A program made the position numbers and the translations under genes. Below, in pieces: positions 10,958 to 21,246 of a stretch of DNA of 64,000 nt. The stretch spans positions 830,192 to 894,191 of the forward strand of contig CAVWEP010000002.1 of the NCBI GenBank assembly GCA_963754185.1, read 5' to 3'. The DNA is from an uncultured Bacillaceae bacterium. GTDB lineage: Bacteria; Bacillota; Bacilli; Bacillales; DSM-1321. Below the pieces are notes generated by a model. It searched no databases. It was not told the origin of the DNA and was given only the letters and a program-made list of their open reading frames with translations. Every line of letters starts with the position of its first letter. The stretch's first letter is position 1.

Positions 10958-11264
10958 TCAACTTGATAATTGATCGATGGCAATGAACAGTAAAATTGCC
11001 ATCACATGCAAAAAGGCAGTAATTCCATAAATAGATGCTTCAAAAGTCTGGTACATACAGTGCTAGAGGTAATAGAATCCACGTTTCAATCCCTAAAGCT
11101 ATAACAATGGTTCCGATTCGTTTCGCTAACAATCGTTCATTTGTAGGGTAATAAAACTCACTATAACCAGCCACAAACGAAACTTCTTGTTTTTTCCAAA
11201 TACGCATCCCTGTCCCTATTAAAAATACACCTACTAAAAAAATAAAGAGTAATTTAAGTTCCAT
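10958..11264 (-). CDS. Small membrane protein (DUF3784-like), frameshifted at ~11040
   Basis: IWKKQ...VAGY N-terminus. Removing one T from the TTTT run extends the frame into a third helix EASIYGITAFLHVMAILLFIAIDQLSS*. Confidence 0.7.
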
Positions 11265-11356
11265 CCCCCAAAACTCCCTTTTTATTCCATTTTACCTTTC
11301 GGACGCAAAAAAAGCGAATTTCTTTTCACTTGAAATTCGCTTTTCCACTATTAGCT

Positions 11357-12058
11357 TTACATATTACAAGAACCATCCGTACAGTTATCAGCTTTTTCAG
11401 ACTCATTGACCATTTGTAGAGAATTCTCCTCAGTCCACACTTTTTGTAGGGTTTGTAAAAATACTTCTGTTGGTTGCGCTCCTGAAATGCCGTATTTACG
11501 ATCAATTACAAAAAACGGAACACCCCTCACACCGAGTAAGCTACCTTCTTGTTCGTCCGTTCTTACCTCAGCATTGTAAAGATTGCTCTCTAACATATCC
11601 TCTGTTTCCTTTTTATCCAACCCAACTTCTTCAGCCAATGTCACAAGTGTTTTACGGTCACCCAAATGCTTTGTTTCTGTGAAATGGGCATAAAACAGAC
11701 GCTCATTCATTTCTTTTCCCTTGCCCTTTGCTTCGGCAAATTGCGTTAAACGATGCGCATCAAACGTATTGGTTAAAATCGTTTTATCTAAATAATAGTC
11801 AAGACCTTCCGCTTTCGCCTGAGCCGTAAGATTATCATTTGAAGCCTTTACTTGTTCTGCACTCATATTATATTTTTTCATTAGCATTTCATCTTGACTC
11901 ATTTTAATATCCCGTTCAGCATCCGGCTGTAGTTCAAAGCTCTTAAATTCAACCTCCACTTGATTCCCTTGTGTAAACTGATTTAATGCTTTCTCCAACC
12001 GACGCTTTCCAATATAACAAAATGGGCATTGGTAATCTGACCAAATCTCAACCTTCAT
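11357..12058 (-). CDS. DsbA/FrnE-family dithiol oxidoreductase
   Basis: MKVEIWSDYQCPFCYIG, NTFDAHRL, GVPFF and ISGAQP motifs; C-terminal CTDGSC. Confidence 0.93.
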   Translation of the reverse strand: MKVEIWSDYQCPFCYIGKRRLEKALNQFTQGNQVEVEFKSFELQPDAERDIKMSQDEMLMKKYNMSAEQVKASNDNLTAQAKAEGLDYYLDKTILTNTFDAHRLTQFAEAKGKGKEMNERLFYAHFTETKHLGDRKTLVTLAEEVGLDKKETEDMLESNLYNAEVRTDEQEGSLLGVRGVPFFVIDRKYGISGAQPTEVFLQTLQKVWTEENSLQMVNESEKADNCTDGSCNM

Positions 12059-12437
12059 AAAAAACGCTCTCCTCTACTTACAAAATAACCTGCTAGTAAC
12101 ATCATAACGATAGGTATATTTAAAAACAAATAATTGATTTCACGGATAAAATAATGTCCATCTTACTTTTTTTAAAATTATGTATTAAATATAGGAGAAA
12201 GTCGCATATAATATTTGTAAAAAAGGCGAACACAAGTTTAATATTTCGATAATTTCCACTTTTCAGTAGAAATTATCGAAATATAGAGGTAAAATATGAC
12301 TAAGACATCTAAGGTTGACTTTGAGGAGTTATAGGGTGGGTTCTAGCAAGTACATAGTGACAGCAAATAGCTGTCCGACATATCGATTGTTTTCATTTGT
12401 TCACTAAAACTAATGAAAAATAATAAGGAGTGGTTTT

Positions 12438-12659
12438 TTGAAACCTTCAACAAATCGCATGTTAACCCGTATTAAATCCGTTTATATGTTTATCAATGAT
12501 AACGGTACGGTTTCTACTCAAGAGATTGTAGAAGAATTTGGCATCACTCCTCGCACAGTACAGCGCGATTTAAATGTCTTAGCTTATAATGACCTCGTTC
12601 AAAGCCCAAGCCGTGGATACTGGACAACAACAAACAAAAAAGTAAAGATGTCATCCTAA
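12438..12659 (+). CDS. ytzE: Small DeoR-HTH regulator
   Basis: MKPSTNRMLTRIKSVY...ITPRTVQRDLNVL; TTG start after AAGGAGTGG. Confidence 0.92.
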   Translation: MKPSTNRMLTRIKSVYMFINDNGTVSTQEIVEEFGITPRTVQRDLNVLAYNDLVQSPSRGYWTTTNKKVKMSS

Positions 12660-12754
12660 GTATAAAAAGATCCACCCAAAAATCGATGTGTTATCATATG
12701 GACTGAGGCCGGTACATCCGTCGCCTCATTTTTTTGCCCATACTCGAATTCAGC

Positions 12755-13470
12755 TTAATTCTCTTGCTTCAGAGCTTCCAATTCTTCATCCGTTAATTCA
12801 CGATACTCTCCAAGTTCAAGATCTTCATCCAACTGTAAACTTCCCATCGACAATCGCTTTAAATAAATGACTCGTTTATCAACAGCCTCAAACATCCGCT
12901 TCACTTGATGAAACTTTCCTTCTGTAATGGTTAATCTCAATATCTGATGTGGGCCCTGATTTTAGAATTACAAGCTCCCCAGGCTTTGTTACATAACCAT
13001 CATCCAACGTAACTCCCGCACGAAAAGCCTCAATATCACGCTCGGTTACTTCTCCTTCAATAACAGCAAAATACGTCTTCGGTACATGCTTTTTCGGCGA
13101 TAGCAATTGATGCGCTAGCTTTCCATCATTCGTAATCAGCAGCAATCCTTCCGTATCTTTATCCAAACGCCCTACTGGAAATGGTTCATATACTGAATCT
13201 TCCAGCTGTAGTAAATCAATGACCGTTTCTTGATAATTGTCTTCTGTGGCAGACAGGACACCTGGTGGCTTATTCATCATTAAGTACACGAATTCTTTAT
13301 ATTCGACTTGTTCCCCATGTACAGTCACTGTATCTGCAGTCAGGATCAACCTGTTGCTTCGCATCCTTAATCAGTTCTTCATTTACCTTCACTGCGCCTG
13401 ATTTCAGCAAACCCTTTACTTCTTTCCTGCTTCCATACCCAATATTAGCAAGTAACTTATCAATTCTCAT
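12755..13470 (-). CDS. rsuA: 16S rRNA pseudouridine synthase RsuA-like, two frameshifts
   Basis: MRIDKLL S4 domain, GRLDKDTEGLLL (catalytic Asp) and EGKFHQVKRMF motifs, spread over three frames. Confidence 0.9.
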
Positions 13471-13552
13471 ATCTATCTCCTTCTTTAAAAGCTCTGATAC
13501 CAAATACTTTCTTGTAAAAAAGCAGGGCAACATCAGAGGCCCTACTTTTTCA

Positions 13553-15167
13553 TTATTCCTTCAATTTTAATTTTCTTTGCAATGCCTCAATTCGACTACC
13601 AAATAAACGATGGGCTAGCTTGCTTTTTAACGAAATAGCAGTGTAAAAAAGACCTCCAACTACCACACAAATGCCAGTAATCAAAATTGCCTGCCACCTA
13701 TTTTCCGTACTAAGAAAGCAGTGACAATCCCACTTCTAGTGCCCATACAATGAAAGCCATAATCGCTGTAAAAATCGTAATAAGCGCTGTCCTGCGAATC
13801 ACTAGATTATACCGATACCCTGTAAAATAAGAAATGACAACAAAATTGATGAGAACAGCGGCTAAAAATCCAAGTGTTGTCGCATAAATCGATCCTTCTG
13901 TTTCAAACAAACGAATGAGTGGAATATTCAAGCTCAACTTAATCAAAAATCCAACAAGCAAGCTAAGCACCGTGAATTTTTGCTGATTGATCCCTTGTAA
14001 AACAGACGCCGTTACTGAAAACAGTGCAAATAAAATAGCGGTTGGTGCATACGCTTGAAGCACACTAGTGCCAAGTGGATTATGGCTGTAAAAGGCCGAA
14101 TAAACGGGATCAGCCAGAACAGACATCCCTACTACAGCTGGAATCGTTAAAAAGAGTAAAATTTGAAAGGCTTGGTCCAGCTGCTGCCGAAATAGCTTAT
14201 GATCTCCACTTACAAACGCCTTCGTCACCGATGGCAAAAGGGCCATCGAAAACCCAGTGGCAAGTGTCATCGGAATAAGCACAAGCTTTTGGGCAAATAC
14301 ATTCAAAACACCTAACGCATCTTCCGCAATGTCATCTAAACCAATCGAAACCATCGCCCGCGTAAATGTTAAGGAATCGACTTGTTGAAATAGCGGCATC
14401 GCGATCCCTACAAATATAAAAGGAATCGATGATATCAATATTTCCTTATAAATTTGTGGCAAGGAAATATGTACCGTACCTCTATCATGTAACAGCAACT
14501 CATTCAACATCGGCTTTCTTTTTTTCCAAGCTAATAGTAGAACAAGTAAGCCGCCCACCGCTCCAACTGTTGCTGCGAATGTAGAAATTGAAATGGCTGT
14601 TACTAGATCGCCATCCATCAACTTCAGAACAACAAACACGCCTCCTAAAAGAAAGGCAATACGGACAATTTGTTCCACCACCATTGAAATAGCTGACGGC
14701 TCCATCTCTTCATGGCCTTGTAAATACCCACGAATAATACTCATAAACGGAACGATAATTAAGGCAAAGCTAATAGCACGAATAACCGTCGTCACATCTT
14801 CAACAGGTAATGCATCCTTCCCTACACTTACAAAATCTGCGTAAACAGGAGCCACTAAATATAAAGCTAAAAAAGCTAAAAAACCCGTAATAAACATTAA
14901 CAGTAAACTAGATCGAAACAACTTTCGACCCACTGCATATTCTTCTAACGCATTATATTTAGAAATAAATTTCGAAACAGCAAGCGGCATCCCTGCTGTC
15001 GCAAAGCTAAGGACAATGGTATACGGCACATAACCGTATTGATACAAAGTTCCTCCCTTTGTACCGACCATTGCTTCAAACGGTATGACATAAAATAAAC
15101 CAAGAACCTTTGATAATACTGAGCCAAACGTTAAAATAAAAGCTCCTTTTAAGAACTTTGACGACAT
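13553..15167 (-). CDS. murJ: Lipid II flippase MurJ/YtgP, frameshifted near 13710
   Basis: MSSKFLKGAFILT...YGYVPY...GMPLAVSKFISKYN. The C-terminal helix ILITGICVVVGGLFY...KLKLKE* lies in another frame ending at 13553. Confidence 0.88.
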
Positions 15168-15453
15168 ATAATCCCTTCCTGCCTGTTACTCGAAAAACAC
15201 TAACCCTCTCGTGTAGAGTGCTAGAGCTTAACAACTATACTCATTACATTTCATAATCAAAACTATCTTTCAGTTTACTCGTTTTCTCCTCTAATACTCA
15301 AATTAATTTTTCCTGAAATTTAGACATTCGCCAACCTTCTTTAAGTTGCTATATAATAGAAGAACTGTTAGAAAAACAAAACTGATTTCCGCTGTTACGT
15401 CTTATCCTTGAAATCGTGTAAGAAACGAAAATTATAGTAAAAAAGAAGTGGTG

Positions 15454-16729
15454 ATGAATGTGAAATATAACGTAGTAGTAATTGGTGGTGGACCTTCTGG
15501 ATTAATGGCGGCGATTGCTGCGGGAGAAAAAGGCGCCAAAGTATTGTTAGTTGATAAAGGAGAAAAGCTTGGACGCAAACTAGCCATTTCTGGAGGCGGG
15601 CGTTGCAATGTTACAAATCGTAAATCGATTGATGAAATTATCCAGAATATACCTGGAAATGGTCGTTTCCTTTACAGTGCCTTCTCAGAATTTAATAATG
15701 AAGATATTATTCAATTTTTCGAAAAACTAGATGTGAAGCTAAAAGAAGAAGATCACGGCCGGATGTTCCCGATCAACGATCAAGCCCAAAGTGTTGTTGA
15801 TGCCCTATTAACTCGCCTTGAACAATTAAAGGTTACTATTTATAAAAATGCCCCTGTTGCTGACGTTCTCTATGACAACGGACAGACAGTCGGCATCAAA
15901 TTAAAAGATGGACAAACCTTCAGTACCGATGCAGTGGTAATTGCTGTTGGCGGAAAATCTGTTCCCCACACAGGCTCAACAGGCGACGGCTACGCCTGGG
16001 CCAAAAAAGCGGGGCATACGATTACCGAATTATTTCCGACTGAAGTACCGGTCCTAAGCAATGAAAAGTTTATAAAAGAGAAAACATTGCAAGGTCTCTC
16101 GTTACGGGATATTTCACTAAGTGTGCTCAATCCTAAAGGAAAGTCAATGATTACCCATCGAATGGATATGATCTTCACACACTTTGGCATCTCTGGTCCA
16201 GCCGTTCTTCGCTGTAGCCAATTCGTTGTCAAAGCAATGAAAAAGTGGAATTTGACCCAAGTCACGATGCAATTAGATGTTCTACCTGACCAAAATAAAG
16301 AAGAAGTCTTCCAAACACTTATGAAAGAAATTAAAGCCGAACCAAAAAAAGCGATTAAAAACACGTTAAAAGGTCTCGTTCCTGAACGATACTTGCACTT
16401 CTTATTAGAGAGAAGCGGCATTGACCTTCAAGAACAAGGTGCGATGATTTCTCATGAGAAAATCCGACGTTTAACCGAGTTCTGTAAAGACTTCCGCTTT
16501 TCCGTTCATGGCACTCAGCCGCTCGAAAAAGCCTTCGTCACAGGCGGAGGAGTATCGGTAAAAGAAATTCATCCAAAAGAAATGGCCTCGAAACTAATGA
16601 ACGGTCTCTACTTTTGTGGAGAAATATTAGACATTCATGGCTACACAGGAGGGTACAACATTACCTCTGCACTTGATCACGGGCAGACTCGCTGGTATGA
16701 ATGCGGCATTATGTGCTAGTAGACATTAA
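15454..16729 (+). CDS. ytfP: HI0933/BaiN-family flavoprotein YtfP, +1 insertion near 16678
   Basis: [28 protein letters not shown] and [11 protein letters not shown] motifs. Removing one base restores LVTGRLAG. Confidence 0.92.
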
Positions 16730-16801
16730 AGGAGCATTAGCAGGACTTCCTCTTGATTTGGTCGGTTAATCTTAAATATGCAACTGGATTAGTAAGGAAA
16801 T

Positions 16802-16859
16802 AAGGGAGGATTGCTATACATTTCTAAGGAAGAAAGTATAGCAATCCCCTTATTTTTTT
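16802..16859 (+). terminator. Intrinsic terminator after ytfP
   Basis: GGATTGCTATAC...GTATAGCAATCC stem followed by a T run. Confidence 0.8.
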
Positions 16860-16861
16860 GT

Positions 16862-16972
16862 TTCTTAAAGAAGGAAGCATGGAAAAAAGAGAAGGCATTA
16901 GCTTTGATCCAGGAACAAAAGGGAATTCATTTTGACCCACATGTTACAGATGCATTCTTATCGTTATTTTAA
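16862..16972 (+). pseudogene. C-terminal stump of an HD-GYP phosphodiesterase gene
   Basis: Reads KEAWKKEKALALIQEQKGIHFDPHVTDAFLSLF*, the HD-GYP terminal W...AL..I....G.HFDP..V.AF motif. No start codon or upstream body. Confidence 0.7.
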
Positions 16973-17048
16973 TTTTAATCTATACTCATAATTCACAGTA
17001 AAATGGTTAAATTACTAAGGTACCTTATATCTCTAAGGAGGCTTACTC

Positions 17049-17171
17049 ATGGTAAATTCTAATGATTTTGTCGAAAAGATTAATGAGCAGCAGCAAAAGC
17101 AAGCCAAAAATAAACAGTTACATGGTCATGGAAATCCAGGTAAGAAAAAGCCAAATAAAACGCATAAATAA
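17049..17171 (+). CDS. 40-aa DUF4023-like small protein
   Basis: TAAGGAGG RBS then MVNSNDFVEKINEQQQKQAKNKQLHGHGNPGKKKPNKTHK*. Family name is from recall. Confidence 0.8.
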   Translation: MVNSNDFVEKINEQQQKQAKNKQLHGHGNPGKKKPNKTHK

Positions 17172-17255
17172 GAAAAGCATGTGACACCTGTTGCGCGCAA
17201 AGAAACACCTCTTTATACTTGGAGGTGTTTCTCTTTTATCTTCTAGTACCACACT

Positions 17256-17588
17256 CTATTTTTCATCTACATTCATTATATGTAATACAGGATGATAACG
17301 ATATCTCTCAAGATCAATGACATCTCCAGAAAACTTGATTCCTTCGCTTTCTAATGACATCTTCTGTACATTATGTAACTCCTCATCCTTCATACCAATT
17401 TCCCCTTTAGCATTGACGACTCGATGCCAAGGAAGTTGATACTTTTCACTGCTGGAATGGAGAATTCGAACAACTTGCCTTGCCCCTCTTGGACTTCCTG
17501 CTAACTTGGCAATCTGACCATACGTCATAACTTTTCCTGCTGGGATTTGCTGAATAAGATATATAACAATATCAGTAAACTTCTCCAT
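17256..17588 (-). CDS. Alkyltransferase-like protein (MGMT/ATL family)
   Basis: IPAGKVMTYGQIA...ARQV and PWHRV (Trp in place of the catalytic Cys). Confidence 0.9.
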   Translation of the reverse strand: MEKFTDIVIYLIQQIPAGKVMTYGQIAKLAGSPRGARQVVRILHSSSEKYQLPWHRVVNAKGEIGMKDEELHNVQKMSLESEGIKFSGDVIDLERYRYHPVLHIMNVDEK

Positions 17589-17638
17589 ACCCTTCTCCTT
17601 TACATAATAAGGAGCTGCCCCATATAGGTCAGCTCCTC

Positions 17639-17824
17639 TCATTTCTTCTTATATATAATCATTGAGCTAAAGCAATAAATCTGATCATCCAACTCTTCTA
17701 CTGATGTTGAGACATTATACTTAATGTCAATAATCTGGCTCTCCGAAACACCCTTTAAAAACGCATTCATTTCCTCTTCTAGATCCTTTTCATGTTCACA
17801 ATCAAACAACTTTACTTGAATCAT
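17639..17824 (-). CDS. cse60: Sporulation protein Cse60 (DUF2758)
   Basis: MIQVKLFDCEHEKDLEEEMNAFL...IDIKYNV...YCFSSMIIY. Confidence 0.88.
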   Translation of the reverse strand: MIQVKLFDCEHEKDLEEEMNAFLKGVSESQIIDIKYNVSTSVEELDDQIYCFSSMIIYKKK

Positions 17825-17848
17825 CGGCACTCCCCTGCCTTTTTCCAA

Positions 17849-17920
17849 CTACAGCGCCTAGCCCTCGAGTCACGTCTAGCCAGCCACTTGTTTGGGCTGA
17901 ACAAGGCGCTTTCGCTTTTA
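17849..17920. repeat. Short Bacillaceae-type palindromic intergenic element
   Basis: Minus strand reads AAAAGCGAAAGCGCCTTGTTCAGCCC...CTCGAGGGCTAGGCGCTGTAG; the arms pair (AGCGCC/GGCGCT, AGCCC/GGGCT). Confidence 0.7.
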
Positions 17921-17971
17921 TTTTTACAAACAGAGTGCCCCAATTAGAAGAAATTTATACATCTATTGTAC

Positions 17972-18283
17972 TTACTTTACAATGACTTCCCCTGTCCAAT
18001 CAAGCATACCACCAACCATATTTACCACTTTAAAGCCTTGTTGCTGCAGATAGTGACATACATTGCCACTACGCCCACCTGAACGACAAATGAAAATATA
18101 CTCTTTTTCTTTATCAAATTCATCAAGACGAGCTGGAATTTCACCCATTGGGATATGCTTTGCACCTTCGACCATTCCAGCTTGAACTTCCTCATGTTCA
18201 CGTACATCTACAATTTCAAGTTTTTCCCCTGCTTCAAGCTTTGCTTCTAATTCCTTTGGAGTGATGATTTTCATTTCTGCCAT
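17972..18283 (-). CDS. ytwF: Rhodanese-like protein
   Basis: IVDVRE, HIPMG, ICRSGGRS and NMVGGMLDW motifs. Confidence 0.88.
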   Translation of the reverse strand: MAEMKIITPKELEAKLEAGEKLEIVDVREHEEVQAGMVEGAKHIPMGEIPARLDEFDKEKEYIFICRSGGRSGNVCHYLQQQGFKVVNMVGGMLDWTGEVIVK

Positions 18284-18411
18284 CCTAGCACCTCATTTTT
18301 CTTAATATAACAATTTATATTATACCAAGAACCATCAGTAAAAATATAATTTAACGATTATTTTTGATCCGCATGCAACATATATTTCAAATAGAAAAGG
18401 AGGTGTACAAC

Positions 18412-18786
18412 ATGGGTATTACCTTTTTAAAAATCTCAGTCATTTACTTCATCATTGGAATTGGTTTTGGAATGTTTATGTCCATCACCCATAATTTCGA
18501 ATACACGTCTATCCATGCACATATTAATCTAGCAGGTTGGGCATCATTCGCACTTGCAGGTCTCATTTATCATCTATTCCCCTCTCTATCAGAAAATGCT
18601 CTTGGCAAACTTCACTTTTGGCTCGCAAATATCGCATTACCGATTATGTTAATTAGTCTCATCATCTTCGTAGCAGGAAATCCCTCAGCTGAACCGTTCA
18701 TTGCAATTGGAGCTAGTATCCTGACACTTGGTATTCTAAGTTTTGTAATTAATGTGCTGAAAAACCTCAAAGCTGAAAATAGATAG
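18412..18786 (+). CDS. Small 4-TM membrane protein resembling a heme-copper oxidase subunit I segment
   Basis: AAGGAGG RBS; HAHINLAGW and LHFWL motifs within hydrophobic helices. Confidence 0.75.
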   Translation: MGITFLKISVIYFIIGIGFGMFMSITHNFEYTSIHAHINLAGWASFALAGLIYHLFPSLSENALGKLHFWLANIALPIMLISLIIFVAGNPSAEPFIAIGASILTLGILSFVINVLKNLKAENR

Positions 18787-18884
18787 TGAAATACGCCAAC
18801 CTTTATTTCTTTCATTCGCTCTTATCTAACTCCTTAAAAGAAACGTCCCATAAGTCTATTCTTCTGACCTATGGGACAATTCCA

Positions 18885-19049
18885 TTAAAAACTCTGCTCC
18901 CTTACCTCACTCTCAATTTTTTTATTGTTTATTCCTTCTTCATTCACCTTGGCTTGAATGGTTTTAGGCGAGCCTTCGAAAGACCATTTCATATCACTTG
19001 CTTTATTATTATTATTCGGTGCAGCTTGTCCATTCCATTTGTCATCCAT
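18885..19049 (-). CDS. Unannotated 54-aa hydrophilic small protein
   Basis: AAAGGAGTGA RBS, ATG, MDDKWNGQAAPNNNNKASDMKWSFEGSPKTIQAKVNEEGINNKKIESEVREQSF*, then a GTCCCATA...TATGGGAC hairpin. Confidence 0.65.
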   Translation of the reverse strand: MDDKWNGQAAPNNNNKASDMKWSFEGSPKTIQAKVNEEGINNKKIESEVREQSF

Positions 19050-19120
19050 TTGGATTCACTCCTTTTTTTCTTATTGTTTTCCAAATACATAAATTTATGA
19101 CTATATCGTTTGTTACACGA

Positions 19121-19162
19121 AAAAGCCGAGCATTCCAACTATGCAGTGGATGCTCGGCTTTT
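19121..19162 (-). terminator. Terminator of the MCP gene
   Basis: AAAAGCCGAGCAT...ATGCTCGGCTTTT inverted repeat. Confidence 0.85.
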
Positions 19163-19171
19163 CAGAATAAA

Positions 19172-20911
19172 TTATAGTTTAAACTTACCAATGAGTTCTT
19201 GTAATTCCATAGCCAAATTTGACAAGGAGTTAGATGAAGCTGTAATTTCTTGCATAGCAGCTAGTTGTTCTTCCGTTGTTCCGGCTACCATTTTTGTATA
19301 TCCAGCCATTTCTTTTGTAACGTTACTATTATTCATCACAGTTGCAGATATTTCTTGTGTACTCGCTGACATTTGTTCGACTGTCGCAGCCATTTCGGTT
19401 ACTTTTTCTTTCATGCCTTCTAACATTAAGACAATTTCTTGGAAACTGCTTTCCGTTTTCTCAACAATCTCCAAACCTTCTTTTACTTCTACTGTCACTT
19501 GATGGATGGATTGTGTTGAACGAGACATATTTTTTTGAATATCTTGAATTAAGTCTGAAATTTGATGAGCGGAAGACTGAGATTGCTCCGCTAATTTACG
19601 AACTTCATCAGCAACAATCGCAAAGCCTTTTCCATGTTCACCAGCTCTTGCTGCTTCAATCGCTGCATTTAAAGCTAATAAATTAGTTTGATTAGCAATC
19701 GCCGTAATTACTTTAGTAATTTCGCCAATTTCATTAGAACTTGAATCAAGCAATTCCAATACTTCTCCACTTTCATTTACTTTTTGATGAATCGAATTCA
19801 TTTGCTGTACAGTCTGCTCTACATATACATTTCCTTGTTGAGCATGCTCTGTAATCGTTGCTCCAACTACAGACATTTCAGTGGAAGCCTCAGCGAGATT
19901 TTGAATCGCTACAGATACTTCTTCTAGTGACTGAGAACTTTCCATTAAGCCCACACTATTCGTTTCCGCAGCAGATGCGAGTTCTTGGATAGAATTTGTG
20001 ATTTCCTCTGTTGCTCTGTTTGTTTGTTCTGCACTTGCAGATAGTTGTTCGGCAGAAGATGCTACGTGCTGGGTTGAACGATTCACATGCGTTAATAGTT
20101 CTTTCATATTACCTTTCATCGTATTATAATCTTTCACTAAATCTCCAATTTCATCTCGAGAAGTGACTGTTACATTTCCACCTGAAAAATCACCTTGGGC
20201 CGCATGGTTCAATTCTTCTTTTATCAGCATAATAGGGTTTGTTATTCGAACCGCCATAAGATAAGAAAGAATTGTTCCAAAAATGATTGCTACGACTGTT
20301 ATAACAGTTATAGTAACGGAGATTTTTGCTGCACCAGCATTAAATTCTTCTTCGTAGGCACTTGAAGCGATTGTCCACCCCCAATTGGGATCTCTTTCAA
20401 CATAGGCCATTTTCACAGCAACTTTCTGCGTATTTAAATCCTTCCATTCATAGTAAAAAACTCCCCCTGTTTTTCCTAGCTCTATGGAATCTGGACCAAC
20501 CCTAACACCGTCTTCTGATACAGTATTGGCAATACTCTCCCCTTCGTTTAAAGGGTGCATGACAAAAGTAGACTGATCATCCACAGCCCAAACATAACCG
20601 GTTTTTCCAAATGCATATTCTTCTTTTATATGACGCTTACCCTCAGCATCTTTTTCACCAAATAACTCCTGTCGCAGCTGTTCTTGAGCTTCTTCCTTAG
20701 TGATGTTTCCTGCTTCGACCTCCTTATTCAATAACTCAATCATCCCAATGACTAATTTTGTGCTTTTTTTCAGTTGGGTTTCCCCCGTTTGAGTTAATTC
20801 ACCTTTAGTAATATTGTGACCGCTTACACTAATTGCTAAAGTTGGAATAATCAGAATAGAAAGACACAAAATAATTAATTTTTTCTTGATGGATACCCCT
20901 TTTTTTCTCAT
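19172..20911 (-). CDS. Methyl-accepting chemotaxis protein (Cache-HAMP-MCP)
   Basis: Two TM helices, an extracellular Cache-like domain, HAMP (DEIGDL), and signalling tip [40 protein letters not shown]. Confidence 0.96.
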   Translation of the reverse strand: MRKKGVSIKKKLIILCLSILIIPTLAISVSGHNITKGELTQTGETQLKKSTKLVIGMIELLNKEVEAGNITKEEAQEQLRQELFGEKDAEGKRHIKEEYAFGKTGYVWAVDDQSTFVMHPLNEGESIANTVSEDGVRVGPDSIELGKTGGVFYYEWKDLNTQKVAVKMAYVERDPNWGWTIASSAYEEEFNAGAAKISVTITVITVVAIIFGTILSYLMAVRITNPIMLIKEELNHAAQGDFSGGNVTVTSRDEIGDLVKDYNTMKGNMKELLTHVNRSTQHVASSAEQLSASAEQTNRATEEITNSIQELASAAETNSVGLMESSQSLEEVSVAIQNLAEASTEMSVVGATITEHAQQGNVYVEQTVQQMNSIHQKVNESGEVLELLDSSSNEIGEITKVITAIANQTNLLALNAAIEAARAGEHGKGFAIVADEVRKLAEQSQSSAHQISDLIQDIQKNMSRSTQSIHQVTVEVKEGLEIVEKTESSFQEIVLMLEGMKEKVTEMAATVEQMSASTQEISATVMNNSNVTKEMAGYTKMVAGTTEEQLAAMQEITASSNSLSNLAMELQELIGKFKL

Positions 20912-21106
20912 GTCGTGTTTTCTCCTCACTCCTAGGTTTTTTGACCTATTCCTTCAAAAACTCCACCTTTCCCCCTTGAAAAAACCATACTATTTACTCA
21001 GTATAACTTATATTAAATTAATTTATTGAAAATTTCAATAATTCTTTACACTCCTAGTATTCATTTTAACATACCTATTTTCTAGTCATTTCTGTACATA
21101 TTTATA

Positions 21107-21171
21107 TTGACAATTAGGGAAACTAAGATATATAATTTATCTTGAATTAAAGATATCTTAACTTTAAAATA
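21107..21171 (+). promoter_or_regulatory. SigmaA promoter with a downstream palindromic operator (MhqR-like)
   Basis: TTGACA-18-TATAAT at 21107-21136; TATCTTGAATTAAAGATA at 21138-21155 and a second degenerate copy at 21154-21171. Confidence 0.65.
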
Positions 21172-21246
21172 CTTGAACTAAAATCAAATAGCAACATCCA
21201 TCATTTATATTCATCACATTCTAGATATTGAAAAGGGGAAGAATAT

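Noticed and set aside
10976-11003. GATGGCAAT...ATTGCCATC hairpin as the IS left end
   Set aside because: It falls within the frameshifted C-terminal helix (MAILLFIAI) of the DUF3784-like gene.
15990-16421. Long antisense ORFs (also 37994-38359, 47416-47859, 19110-19502, 55165-55485)
   Set aside because: They are shadows of well-supported genes on the opposite strand or frame, with no RBS or motifs.
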